A DNA stretch of 64,000 nt from Lysobacterales bacterium (lineage in GTDB: Bacteria > Pseudomonadota > Gammaproteobacteria > Xanthomonadales > SZUA-5). This document shows, one piece after another, positions 46,814 through 56,422 of the stretch; position 1 is the first letter of the stretch, and every line of letters begins with the position of its first letter. The position numbers were made by a program, and so were the translations under genes. The notes under the pieces were generated by a model. It had not been told where the DNA came from. It searched no databases and saw only the letters and a program-made list of their open reading frames with translations. Location: positions 32,001 to 96,000 of the forward strand of contig JALHMH010000002.1 of NCBI GenBank assembly GCA_022844165.1, given 5' to 3'.

Positions 46814-49018
46814 ATGAACGATGACCACGAGAAACGCGGCGCTGCGGCGTCTGGCGCTTTAGTCGGGGCGCCGCGCCACGGCGCCGAGGCTGTCGACACC
46901 AAGCTGCTGGAATCGATCTTCAGGATCGAGGCGATGGATTGCCCGACTGAAGAAGCGCTGCTGCGCAAGCGCCTGGCCGGAATGCCGGGCGTGGTCGACC
47001 TCAGTTTTGACCTGATGCGCCGCCAGTTGACGGTGCAGCATTCGCTGTCGAGCATCGATCCGATCATCGAAGCGGTGGCCTCGTTGGGCATGGAGGCGGA
47101 GCCCGCGGTGTCCGGCGCACCCAGCGAAGCGCTGGCCGTTGCGCCAGCGGAACCCCGGGAGTCGTGGTGGCCACTGGCTATCGCGGGCGCAGCGGCGCTG
47201 GTCTCGGAAGCGGCCGAGTGGTTTGGTCTGGCAACGCCCTTCCTGCCCGCAGCGCTGTCGCTTGCAGCCCTTGCCCTGGCCGGTCTTGGCACCTACCGCA
47301 AGGGCTGGATCGCGATTCGCAACCTCACGCTCAACATCAATGCGCTGATGAGCATTGCCGTCACCGGAGCGATGTTGATCGGACAATGGCCGGAAGCGGC
47401 GATGGTGATCGTGCTGTTTGCCCTCGCGGAACGGATCGAAGCGGCGTCCCTCGATCGCGCTCGCAATGCCATTCGCGGGTTGATGGCGATGACCCCGGAC
47501 ATCGCGACCGTGCGTCAGACGGATGGCAGTTGGCAGACGGTGGTGGCGCGCACAGTGGCCCTCGGCAGTGCGGTGCGCTTGAAACCCGGCGAGCGCGTGG
47601 CGCTGGACGGCATCGTCAGCGCCGGCCATTCCGCCGTCGACCAGTCGCCGATCACCGGCGAGAGTGTCCCGGTCGACAAGACCGTAGGCGATTCGCTGTT
47701 TGCCGGCTCCATCAACCAGAGCGGCGAACTGGAATTCACGGTGACCGCCAAGGCGGATGAATCGACGCTCGCGCGCATCATCCACGCGGTCGAATCCGCG
47801 CAGGGAACAAGGGCGCCGACGCAACGCTTTGTCGATCAATTTGCCCGCGTGTACACGCCCGTGGTTTTCGCCGTTGCGTTCCTGTGCGCCCTCGGGCCAC
47901 CGCTGTTGCTCGGCGGCGACTGGCTGGCCTGGATCTACAAGGCCCTGGTGTTGCTGGTCATCGCTTGTCCGTGCGCGCTGGTCATTTCGACGCCTGTCAC
48001 CATTGTCAGCGGCCTCAGCGCTGCGGCGCGCCGCGGCATCCTGATCAAGGGCGGTGTCTACCTCGAGCAGGGCCGGCACATGAAGTGGCTGGCACTCGAC
48101 AAGACCGGCACGATCACTGTCGGCAAACCCGCGCTCACGGATTTCGAGCTGGTGTCCGGGGCCGAACGGGACGCGTTGACCATCGCCGTCAGCCTGGCCT
48201 CACGCTCGGATCATCCGGTGTCCAAAGCGGTCGCAGAGTCGCAGCAGGCCAGGACCGTCACGATCCAGGCGGTCGATGCGTTCGAGGCCTTGCTGGGTCG
48301 CGGCGTCAAAGGGCGCATCGGCGGGCGGCTTTTCCATCTCGGCAATCACCGCCTGATCGAAGAACTGAAGCTCTGCGGCAGTGCCCTCGAAGCGCGCCTG
48401 AATGTGCTGGAATTGCAGGGAAAGACCGCCGTGCTGGTTGCCAGCGAACAGGCAGTGCTGGCCCTGTTCGGCGTCGCCGACACGGTCAAGGAATCCAGCC
48501 GTGAGGCCATCGGGCAGTTGCACGCACTCGGCATCAAGACGCTGATGCTGTCCGGCGACAACCAGCACACTGCAGCCGCCATCGCCAAGCAGGTGAATAT
48601 CGACGACGCCAAAGGCAATCAGTTGCCCGAGGACAAGGTCACCGCGATTGCCGCGATGATCGGCAGGGAGGGCCTGGTCGGCATGGTCGGCGACGGCATC
48701 AACGACGCACCTGCATTGGCGCGTTCCGACATCGGCTTTGCGATGGGAGCCGCCGGTACCGACACCGCGATCGAAACCGCCGACGTCGCCATCATGGATG
48801 ACGACCTGCGAAAGATTCCCGAGTTCGTTCGGCTCTCCAAAGCCACCGCTGCGGTGTTGAAGCAAAACATCGCGCTGGCGCTCGGCGTCAAGGCGATTTT
48901 CCTCGGCCTGACCGTGGTCGGCATGGGCACCATGTGGATGGCTGTGTTTGCCGACATGGGCACCAGCTTGATCGTCGTCCTCAACGGCCTCAGGCTACTT
49001 CGACCGCAGGCCACATGA
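46814..49018 (+). CDS. Zn/Cd/Pb P1B-type ATPase (CadA/ZntA-like)
   Basis: MDCPTEE, TGES, CPC, DKTGT, HP, GDGINDAP. Confidence 0.93.
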   Translation: MNDDHEKRGAAASGALVGAPRHGAEAVDTKLLESIFRIEAMDCPTEEALLRKRLAGMPGVVDLSFDLMRRQLTVQHSLSSIDPIIEAVASLGMEAEPAVSGAPSEALAVAPAEPRESWWPLAIAGAAALVSEAAEWFGLATPFLPAALSLAALALAGLGTYRKGWIAIRNLTLNINALMSIAVTGAMLIGQWPEAAMVIVLFALAERIEAASLDRARNAIRGLMAMTPDIATVRQTDGSWQTVVARTVALGSAVRLKPGERVALDGIVSAGHSAVDQSPITGESVPVDKTVGDSLFAGSINQSGELEFTVTAKADESTLARIIHAVESAQGTRAPTQRFVDQFARVYTPVVFAVAFLCALGPPLLLGGDWLAWIYKALVLLVIACPCALVISTPVTIVSGLSAAARRGILIKGGVYLEQGRHMKWLALDKTGTITVGKPALTDFELVSGAERDALTIAVSLASRSDHPVSKAVAESQQARTVTIQAVDAFEALLGRGVKGRIGGRLFHLGNHRLIEELKLCGSALEARLNVLELQGKTAVLVASEQAVLALFGVADTVKESSREAIGQLHALGIKTLMLSGDNQHTAAAIAKQVNIDDAKGNQLPEDKVTAIAAMIGREGLVGMVGDGINDAPALARSDIGFAMGAAGTDTAIETADVAIMDDDLRKIPEFVRLSKATAAVLKQNIALALGVKAIFLGLTVVGMGTMWMAVFADMGTSLIVVLNGLRLLRPQAT

Positions 49019-49063
49019 CCGGCCAGCCTTGATCCCAACGAACCATCTGCACGTCACCGAATC

Positions 49064-49405
49064 ATGAATCAGAAGCTGCGCACTGCATTCGATCTGGAAA
49101 TGGCATCCGCCGCCGCGGCGGAAAGCAGAGGCGACATGGATCGCGCATTCGTTCACCTGGAACGCGCCCACATCCTTGGACAGCGACACACGTGGCCTCA
49201 CGTCCGCTCGCATCTTGCCATGCTGCGGATCGGTTGGCGGCGACGTGACCGGCGCGAGATTGTGGGTCAATTCCCTCGCATTCTCGCTGCCCTGGTGTTC
49301 TCGCGGATCTGGGTTCCGCTCGGGAACACGGGTGGCGCCAACGTCAGTCCAATCAAGCCGATGCCAATCCCGTCTGACTTGGCCGAGATACTCAGGATGG
49401 ACTGA
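49064..49405 (+). CDS. DUF3703-like protein
   Basis: HLERAHILGQ, PLGNTGGANVSP. Confidence 0.85.
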   Translation: MNQKLRTAFDLEMASAAAAESRGDMDRAFVHLERAHILGQRHTWPHVRSHLAMLRIGWRRRDRREIVGQFPRILAALVFSRIWVPLGNTGGANVSPIKPMPIPSDLAEILRMD

Positions 49406-49492
49406 CGCGGTCGGCGGCGTGCTCAACATCGGCGCAGGCGGTCAGGCAGAGCGCCATTGGCGACCGAGGTGATAGAGGCTGGCGCTGCTGGC

Positions 49493-50992
49493 CTATGATG
49501 CGGCAGCTCGCACGTCCAGCACCGCCATCATCCCCGCGTCCTCATGAGGCAGCAGATGGCAATGGAACATCCGCTTGCCTGGCAGCATCTGCTGTGTCTT
49601 GATGGTGACCGTTTCTCCGGCAGGTACATTGACAGTGTCGAACCATCCCGGCAAGGCGGCTGCAATGGGAACACCGCGCACCGTGCGACCGACCAGCTGA
49701 AATTGGGTGCCATGGATGTGGATCGGGTGATCCATGAAGCTCGCGTTGACGATCTCCCACAGCTCGACTCGACCGACCACCGTTTCGAGGTCGACACGAT
49801 CCATGTCAAAACGTTTGCCGTTGATGAGGAAAGCGCCCGTCATGCCCATGCCAGCGCCGGAAAGCGCCACCTGCTGCTGGACCGTCGCGGGTCCCAGCGC
49901 GACGATCGGTCGCAGGATTCGTGGCAGTTCAACGGGCGCGAGCGCAACCGCTCCGCTCGTTTGAACCGTCATCAGCTCAATGTCCGAACCGCCATTCATG
50001 GCGCCGCCGTACCCGAGGTCGCGCAGCGCGTAACGGGTCGACCGGCGTGTATTCATCGACACCACGATCTCGACCCGTTGGGCGGGAGCAAGGAGCCATT
50101 CGGACAGCCCCGGCAGGGGCTGGTCAAGGAGTCCCCCGTCGGTTCCAACGACGGCAAAGTAGTGCCCGTCGAGACTCAAGCGCAAGTAGCGATCCGCGGT
50201 GGCATTGATGATCCGCCAGCGCTCGGTGGCGCCCGGTGTCACCGTGTGGACCGGAAGCCTCCGTCCGTTCACCAGCAATTCGCTCATGCCGGGCATCATC
50301 ATCGCGCCCATGCCGGACATGGATGTCGAGCCCGTAATGACCTGAGCGTTTGAGTCGAGTCCGAGCGACGTGACCATCAAGGTCCGTTCGGAGAGCCCCT
50401 GCAGCGGATCGTCGCTGCTGCGAACGATGAGCGGGGCCGCGAGACCATGGCCGACCTGCAAGGTATTGGTCTCGTGTGCATGCGGGTGATACCAGTAGGT
50501 GCCGGCGCTGCCGATCGGCACCTCAAACGTGTAGAGCCGATCGGTGTGGGGGTCGACCGGATCCATGGGACTGCCATCCTGATCTGCAGGAACCGCGAGA
50601 CCGTGCCAGTGGATGGTCGATTCGAGGTCGAGCCGATTGGCGAACGTGATCGCGACTCGCTGTCCCTCGCGCAGTTCGATCACCGGACCCGGGTATTGTC
50701 CGTTGTACCCCCATAACTCGGTCGTGCGGTCGGAGACAAGCGACGCGTTGTACGGGGAAGCCACCAGTGTGCCCTCGAAATCGCCGAGCACCGCGCTCTG
50801 GTTCGCGAGAGTGCCCAGGTGCGGAAGCGGGAGCCCGGTAGGCAATCCCGATCTGAACGGTGGCAGGCGACCCATCATTGCGCCCATGCCGCCGCGCGGC
50901 ATGCCCCCCATCTGAGCCGATACACTCTGGGCCAGGGCCAGCGCCGAAAGAGCGCCTGTTGATGCGATGTTGAGGAAGCTGCGGCGACGCAT
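49493..50992 (-). CDS. Tat-exported multicopper oxidase
   Basis: MRRRSFL Tat motif; HWHG, WYHPH, HPIHIHG, HCHLLPHED..MM. Confidence 0.93.
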   Translation of the reverse strand: MRRRSFLNIASTGALSALALAQSVSAQMGGMPRGGMGAMMGRLPPFRSGLPTGLPLPHLGTLANQSAVLGDFEGTLVASPYNASLVSDRTTELWGYNGQYPGPVIELREGQRVAITFANRLDLESTIHWHGLAVPADQDGSPMDPVDPHTDRLYTFEVPIGSAGTYWYHPHAHETNTLQVGHGLAAPLIVRSSDDPLQGLSERTLMVTSLGLDSNAQVITGSTSMSGMGAMMMPGMSELLVNGRRLPVHTVTPGATERWRIINATADRYLRLSLDGHYFAVVGTDGGLLDQPLPGLSEWLLAPAQRVEIVVSMNTRRSTRYALRDLGYGGAMNGGSDIELMTVQTSGAVALAPVELPRILRPIVALGPATVQQQVALSGAGMGMTGAFLINGKRFDMDRVDLETVVGRVELWEIVNASFMDHPIHIHGTQFQLVGRTVRGVPIAAALPGWFDTVNVPAGETVTIKTQQMLPGKRMFHCHLLPHEDAGMMAVLDVRAAAS

Positions 50993-51136
50993 GGGTCGCT
51001 CCCGACGTTTGCAGTGCAAGAAGGATCCGCCGTTCGCAAGCCACTCGTTTGACGGTGATCAATGTCGATGCAGTGGACGCATCTTCAGCTACTCAGTTGC
51101 GCTTTGCGTTCCAACGATCGCCAGCTTAATCGCGAT

Positions 51137-51161
51137 GTCGGCGCCCGAGTTGGGCGCCGAC
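51137..51161. terminator. Perfect hairpin (terminator or REP-like)
   Basis: GTCGGCGCCC-GAGTT-GGGCGCCGAC just after stop of 51175 gene. Confidence 0.45.
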
Positions 51162-51174
51162 CTGAACCGCGACG

Positions 51175-51567
51175 TCAGTTATCCAACACAGCCATGTCGC
51201 CGACTTGGGCTTGTCCGGTGACGACCGCCGCGTGCGCATAGTGGTCGTCGAAGACGTCGACGATTCGGACTTGCCCCACTTGTTCGCGGCGGAATGGTGG
51301 GGCTTTCGGATTACCGCCAGTGGTGCGCATATGCCTGATCACGTTGAGGATCTGACCGCTTTCGGCTCCGTTTTGCCGGCCGACACACACCACAACCCCG
51401 CTCTCATCTGTCGACAAAACCTGCCCCTGCATGACGAATTCATGGCGCACCGATGTTCCTCCTGCGCATCCCGCCACCGAGGCGACGGCCACGGCCGCCC
51501 ATATCCAGCCCAGGCAATGCCGGCGGACGCCTGAAAACAGGCGGGTCGAGTTCGTTTTTGCGTTCAT
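51175..51567 (-). CDS. Uncharacterised lipoprotein (paralog A)
   Basis: VAGC lipobox; MQGQVLS..VVVCVG..DDHYA. Confidence 0.75.
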   Translation of the reverse strand: MNAKTNSTRLFSGVRRHCLGWIWAAVAVASVAGCAGGTSVRHEFVMQGQVLSTDESGVVVCVGRQNGAESGQILNVIRHMRTTGGNPKAPPFRREQVGQVRIVDVFDDHYAHAAVVTGQAQVGDMAVLDN

Positions 51568-51663
51568 GTTGGATCTCCGTGTAATGTCGCCTGAGCGAAA
51601 TGCTTCAGACGCCGTAGCTCATCCTTTCGTTTGGCAATCACTGTCCGCCGTGCCGGCGGATTT

Positions 51664-51894
51664 TCAATCTTCGGTTCGCGGTTCGTCCGCGCTCTCGACG
51701 AGCAGCAACATTGCAGCCAGTCCGAGGCCAATCGCCGTATGGCCGACCAGCGTATGAATCTCGCTGCGCTCAAAGACAAAGGCATCGGCGATCGTCAAAA
51801 TGACACCGATCAGCACGATTACGCGAAAGGCAATTCGATGATTTCCGATGAACAGCAGAGTCGGAAGCAAGACCCTGTTTCTGAAAGTCGCCAC
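51664..51894 (-). CDS. Small 2-TM membrane protein
   Basis: AAGGAG RBS; paralog at 62814. Confidence 0.6.
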   Translation of the reverse strand: MATFRNRVLLPTLLFIGNHRIAFRVIVLIGVILTIADAFVFERSEIHTLVGHTAIGLGLAAMLLLVESADEPRTED

Positions 51895-51912
51895 GATATT
51901 CTCCTTGTCAGG

Positions 51913-52575
51913 TTATGGATTCGGATTGGTTTCGAGAGCTTTTTGACTGGGCTGGATCCTGCCTGCATGGCAAGGGCGGGTGCTGATCGGCACGAGGCTT
52001 GCCACCGTGCCTTCGGGTTGATCGCGAGCACCGAGCCAGGGACAAAGGCCACTCTCTTCCGCACCCAGTGCACTGTTGAATTTCGCGCTCATGTTCTGGA
52101 AGGAGATCCATGCGGTCAGCGCCACGATTTCGTGGTCATCGAATTGCTGCCGCAGTGACGCGGCCTGCGCTGGCCCCACGCGCCGCTGGGTGTCCGTCAT
52201 GGCTTCGGCGTAGTCCAAGGCGACGCGCTCGCGCTCCGAGTAAAGGTCACTGTCCTGCCAGCTCCCCACGGCTTCTGCTTTTGCACTGGAGCCAGTCGCG
52301 TGGAGCAGGTTGTAGGCATTCAGGTCGACACAGAATGCGCACCCGTTGAGTTGCGCAACCCGCGCCGAAACAAGACTGCGCAACGCTGCATCAACGGGAA
52401 ACGCCCTTCTTTGGAAAAGTCCGAGCAGCAACAACATGCCGCCGAAGGGTCCGGGGAGCCGTCCCCATAACCAGGAAGGTGGCAGTGTTCGACCGTACTT
52501 GCGCGCCTGCCGGCGAAAGAACCATCGCAGGTAGAACGGGTAGTCGCCGAATTGCTTGGCGGGGATCCAGGACAT
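51913..52575 (-). CDS. Carboxymuconolactone decarboxylase/AhpD family protein
   Basis: RVAQLNGCAFCVDL, ERERVALDYAE. Confidence 0.85.
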   Translation of the reverse strand: MSWIPAKQFGDYPFYLRWFFRRQARKYGRTLPPSWLWGRLPGPFGGMLLLLGLFQRRAFPVDAALRSLVSARVAQLNGCAFCVDLNAYNLLHATGSSAKAEAVGSWQDSDLYSERERVALDYAEAMTDTQRRVGPAQAASLRQQFDDHEIVALTAWISFQNMSAKFNSALGAEESGLCPWLGARDQPEGTVASLVPISTRPCHAGRIQPSQKALETNPNP

Positions 52576-52581
52576 TGGTAG

Positions 52582-53127
52582 TCACCTGTTGTGATGACTG
52601 AACGGTGTGGATTTGCCATCCAAGTCGACGAGATAGACCGTGTAGGGCTGTACCTCGCCCGCTGGAGCCTCCATGCCGGGCGAGCCCAGCACCATGCCTG
52701 GAACGGTCAATCCCCGAGCCTTCGGTTTCTCGGTTAGCAGTCGTTGGATGTCGGCTGCAGGGACGTGGCCCTCGATGAAGTAGCCGCCGACGACCGCGGT
52801 GTGGCAAGACCCGCCGCCAACCGGAACCCCCATAGCGACTTTGAGTGGATTGAGGTCGTTCATCGACACCACCGAGACCGAGAATCCCGCGCGTTTCGCG
52901 TGGTCAACCCAAAGGCCGCAGCAGCCGCAACTGGGGCTCTTGTGCACCGTCATTGCCGGCAGGGAATCGACGGAGGGCGAGTCGGTGACTTCGGCGCCCG
53001 GCAGACTCGGGACCGTCATGGTCGCGGCCGCCGATGCGGCGTGGGTCTGCTGAATGCTGCTTTCGCTACTGCAGGCTGCGAGTACGCCAAGCAAAGAGAG
53101 TGCGAGCAGATGTGTTGATCGGATCAT
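52582..53127 (-). CDS. DUF411 (CopG-like) metal-binding lipoprotein
   Basis: KSPSCGCC, SCHT, EGHVP, GSPGME. Confidence 0.88.
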   Translation of the reverse strand: MIRSTHLLALSLLGVLAACSSESSIQQTHAASAAATMTVPSLPGAEVTDSPSVDSLPAMTVHKSPSCGCCGLWVDHAKRAGFSVSVVSMNDLNPLKVAMGVPVGGGSCHTAVVGGYFIEGHVPAADIQRLLTEKPKARGLTVPGMVLGSPGMEAPAGEVQPYTVYLVDLDGKSTPFSHHNR

Positions 53128-53234
53128 GTGGGTTCCCCTCGGTAAGGCGCCGCAATGCGGCGCCGCTGGTTCGGTTTTGACGCCCGACCTCATGCCATTG
53201 GCCGTGGTGGGATCGGCTGCCAGTTGGGCGGTGC

Positions 53235-53621
53235 TCAGTTGTCCAGTTCCACCATGTCGCCGGTCTTGACTTCTCCGGTCACGATCGAGACGCGCGCGTA
53301 ATGGTCATCGTAGACATCGACGATGCGCACCTGCCCGACTTGGGCACGGCTGAAGGGAGCGCCTTCAACGATCGCCATTTCTGCGAAGTGCCTTATGACA
53401 TTGAGTACCTGTCCGTCGTGCGCGCCATCACGCTTGCCGATGCAAACGACGATTTCGTTGGCGTCCACGGACAACACTTGGCCTTGCATGAACTGGTGGC
53501 GGATTGCGCTGTCTCCGGTACAACCGGCCAGCGCCGTTGCCGCCACAAGGCCGACGAGCCATCCGAATCTGCGACGATTCTTGTTGACGGTGCGGTTGAT
53601 GCATGTGTGATTCCTATCCAT
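53235..53621 (-). CDS. Uncharacterised lipoprotein (paralog B)
   Basis: LAGC lipobox; MQGQVLS..IVVCIG..DDHYA. Confidence 0.75.
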   Translation of the reverse strand: MDRNHTCINRTVNKNRRRFGWLVGLVAATALAGCTGDSAIRHQFMQGQVLSVDANEIVVCIGKRDGAHDGQVLNVIRHFAEMAIVEGAPFSRAQVGQVRIVDVYDDHYARVSIVTGEVKTGDMVELDN

Positions 53622-54010
53622 GACAGATCTCCGAGCTGACATAGCGGCCGGATCGGCCGCGGGGGATTTCGGGCCAACTTGAGGCCCAGGTATTGCCGAT
53701 CGCTGGCTCGACTCGCTTTGTCGGCACAAGCGAGACATCAACGCGGCCGCCGGGGCCGCATTGAGTGTTGTGATTGGGGAAAGCGTTGATTTCGCCGTGA
53801 GCAACATCCAATGGGATGCCATCGGCGGTCCAGCGCTCGTTCGGTTCGCAAATTCCACGTGCAGGAACTCCACCGCAGACGGCCCGGGGGCCGACATCGC
53901 ACGGTGAACGCTCAGGGGAGAAGTCGCTGAAGCGACGAAGACTAGATCCGGCGTTCAACCGTCCCGATACAGCTGCCAGCAGCAAGCCAGCAGCAACGGG
54001 TGCGGTGCGC

Positions 54011-54442
54011 CTAGATCAACAACACTCGGTAGATGCTGCCGTGGCGGTCACGGATCGCATCCGCTGTTCGCGGATCGCGCGCTGGGCCCGAGTTGCGATC
54101 CAGCCGCAGGAGGGCTATTTCGGCGCCACCGCCTGCCAGCGCAGGAAAGACCGGCGGCACGATGTCGCGGAGCTGCTTGTCAGCGTCGTCGCAATGCGCG
54201 CGGCACGCAATCTGGTTCAAGTCCGGCAACGCGCTGCCCATCGTGTCTGACGACATATGGGAGTGCAAGGACGAGTCTTGAGAGTCAGAGACTTGGGTTG
54301 AATGCGTGCCGTGCAGGCCGGGTGCCGCCCGACACAGATGTTCGGCCATCGCGATCTGATTGAGCAACATGGCGAGCACCGCCCACAACGCCAGCCATCG
54401 CCGACGCGGTTGACGAAATTGCTGGAGTGCCCTCGATGCCAC
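54011..54442 (-). CDS. Small secreted His/Cys protein
   Basis: HLC, CRAHC, ends VLLI; paralog of 54668. Confidence 0.6.
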   Translation of the reverse strand: MASRALQQFRQPRRRWLALWAVLAMLLNQIAMAEHLCRAAPGLHGTHSTQVSDSQDSSLHSHMSSDTMGSALPDLNQIACRAHCDDADKQLRDIVPPVFPALAGGGAEIALLRLDRNSGPARDPRTADAIRDRHGSIYRVLLI

Positions 54443-54667
54443 AGCCGCTTCCTAGCATTAGACAGCTTGATCGTAGCGTGATCGATCCGCAGCGTCCTTG
54501 CGCTGGATCAAGCACCGTGCGCGGTTCTTGCGCTGGAATGCGAGAACTGAGTTGAGACCGGCGTGCGCCCAATTCCCAAGCCGGCTCGCCTCCCCGTGGG
54601 TTCTTGATCAATATCAACTTGCGGGTCCGGCGAGTGCGCGTATCCTCTTGGCAAGAAGGATCGGAAC

Positions 54668-55063
54668 ATGCGCGTGCCTCGTTTGGGTCTGAAATCGTTG
54701 CGTCGTCGCCTCCCGCGCTGGCTGATGCCGGTGCTGGCGATCTTGCTGTTGTGCCAGCAGGTAACGATTGCCGCGCACCTGTGTTCGATGCCGGCGCCGG
54801 TGACTATGGATGCTTCCGGTGGCTGCCATGACGACATGGGCAGTGGCGACCCGGCGATGTCGCCGGACTGCACCGCCCATTGCGCCGATCCAACCAAGCA
54901 CGTCACCGATGCCGTTGCGCTTGGCGTTCCGCCGCTACCGCCGATGATTTCCCGGCATGCGCTGTTAGTTGCAGCCGTAGCAACGGCAAGCCGTTCCACG
55001 TCCGACGATCCCGCCTCGCGGAATTGGCCACGGTTACGCGCGAGCACCATCCTGCTGATCTAA
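54668..55063 (+). CDS. Small secreted His/Cys protein leading the cus operon
   Basis: HLC, GCH, CTAHC, PPLPP, ends ILLI. Confidence 0.65.
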   Translation: MRVPRLGLKSLRRRLPRWLMPVLAILLLCQQVTIAAHLCSMPAPVTMDASGGCHDDMGSGDPAMSPDCTAHCADPTKHVTDAVALGVPPLPPMISRHALLVAAVATASRSTSDDPASRNWPRLRASTILLI

Positions 55064-55159
55064 CTCCCTTTCCGTGATTGGCTGCGGGCCATGGGCCCGT
55101 GGCTGCGCGTGCCCGGCGTTGACGCCGGGTGTCTGCCATCGCGTAGCGGAGCTTGATCC

Positions 55160-56422
55160 GTGAAAACCTCGATATTGTGGCCGCATGCACGCCGCCAGGC
55201 GTGCGCGCTGGCGTTGTTCCTTGCGTTGCCTGTCGCTGCGGCCAGCCCACCAGGCGCCGATCTCGATTCAGTGCATTCGTGGCTGCGGCAGCACAACTCC
55301 GCGCTGTTGGCGCGTACGCTGGATGCGGAGGCTGCTGCCGAGCGGATCGGGCCTGCCGGCGCGCTGCCCGATCCGATGTTCGAAATGGAACTCGACGGCA
55401 TCGACTTCGATCGCCCGCGCGCCCTGCCGGCGCAGGTGGAAACCACCGTGTACCGCGTGCGTCAGCAGTTCCCCCTGTGGGGCAAGCGCGCGTTGGCGCG
55501 CGAAGTCGCGACGCACGAGGCCGCGGCCGCCGGCTTTCGCCGCGAGGCCACGCTGCTGGAACTGGTAGAGCAGGCGGACATGGCCTGGCTCACCTGGTGG
55601 CATGCGCAGGCCAGCGCAACTGCGATCGACCGCGTACTCGGTGTGATGGCGCAGATGCGCGAGTTGGCGCGCACCCGCTACGCCGCCGGGCTGGCGCCAC
55701 AGCAGGACGCCATTCGCGCAGACGTGGAGCTGACTTCCATGCGGCGCATGCAGATCGAGTTGGTGGCGCAGGGCGCGCGGGCGCGCTCGACACTGAATGC
55801 CCGGCTCGGTCGGAATCCGCAGGACGTGCTGACGACACCGGCGGGCGAACCCGAGATTGCGCTCGATTTGCCGCTCGACGAACTGCTAGCGGACGCCGCC
55901 GAGCGCCACCCGATGACGCAGGCCGAAGCATCGATGCGCGCCGCCCGCTTGGGGATGGCCGAGGAAGTTCGTCGCGAGCGTCTGCCGGACATCGGGGTTG
56001 GTCTCGGGCTGATGCAGATGGGCGACCGAGCTGAGGGCTGGGAGCTGATGTTCGAGGTTGAGATCCCCCTGCAGCAGGGTGCGCGCCGCCAGCGCGAGCG
56101 TGCTGCAGACCTGCGAGCGGAAGCCGCCGGTGCACGTGAGCAGGCCATTGTCGATGAACTACGCGGGCGTGTCGGCGCCGCGTATGCCATGTGGCAGTCG
56201 GCTGGCGAGCAGGAAAGTCTCGTCTCTGGGCAATTGCTGCCTCAGGCGCAGGCCGGGTTGGAGTCGGCGCTCGCTGGCTATCAGGTCGGCGCGGTCGATT
56301 TCGACACGCTGCTGCAGGCGCTGACGCTGACGCTCAATGCCGAGCGCGACCGCCTGGACGCCCGGCGCGATCGCTTGCTGGCCGCCGTTGAACTGAAACT
56401 GCTGCAGGGAAAACTGCCATGA
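55160..56422 (+). CDS. TolC family outer membrane factor (CusC-like)
   Basis: ALPDPM motif, TolC helical repeats, overlaps cusB start. Confidence 0.85.
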   Translation: MKTSILWPHARRQACALALFLALPVAAASPPGADLDSVHSWLRQHNSALLARTLDAEAAAERIGPAGALPDPMFEMELDGIDFDRPRALPAQVETTVYRVRQQFPLWGKRALAREVATHEAAAAGFRREATLLELVEQADMAWLTWWHAQASATAIDRVLGVMAQMRELARTRYAAGLAPQQDAIRADVELTSMRRMQIELVAQGARARSTLNARLGRNPQDVLTTPAGEPEIALDLPLDELLADAAERHPMTQAEASMRAARLGMAEEVRRERLPDIGVGLGLMQMGDRAEGWELMFEVEIPLQQGARRQRERAADLRAEAAGAREQAIVDELRGRVGAAYAMWQSAGEQESLVSGQLLPQAQAGLESALAGYQVGAVDFDTLLQALTLTLNAERDRLDARRDRLLAAVELKLLQGKLP

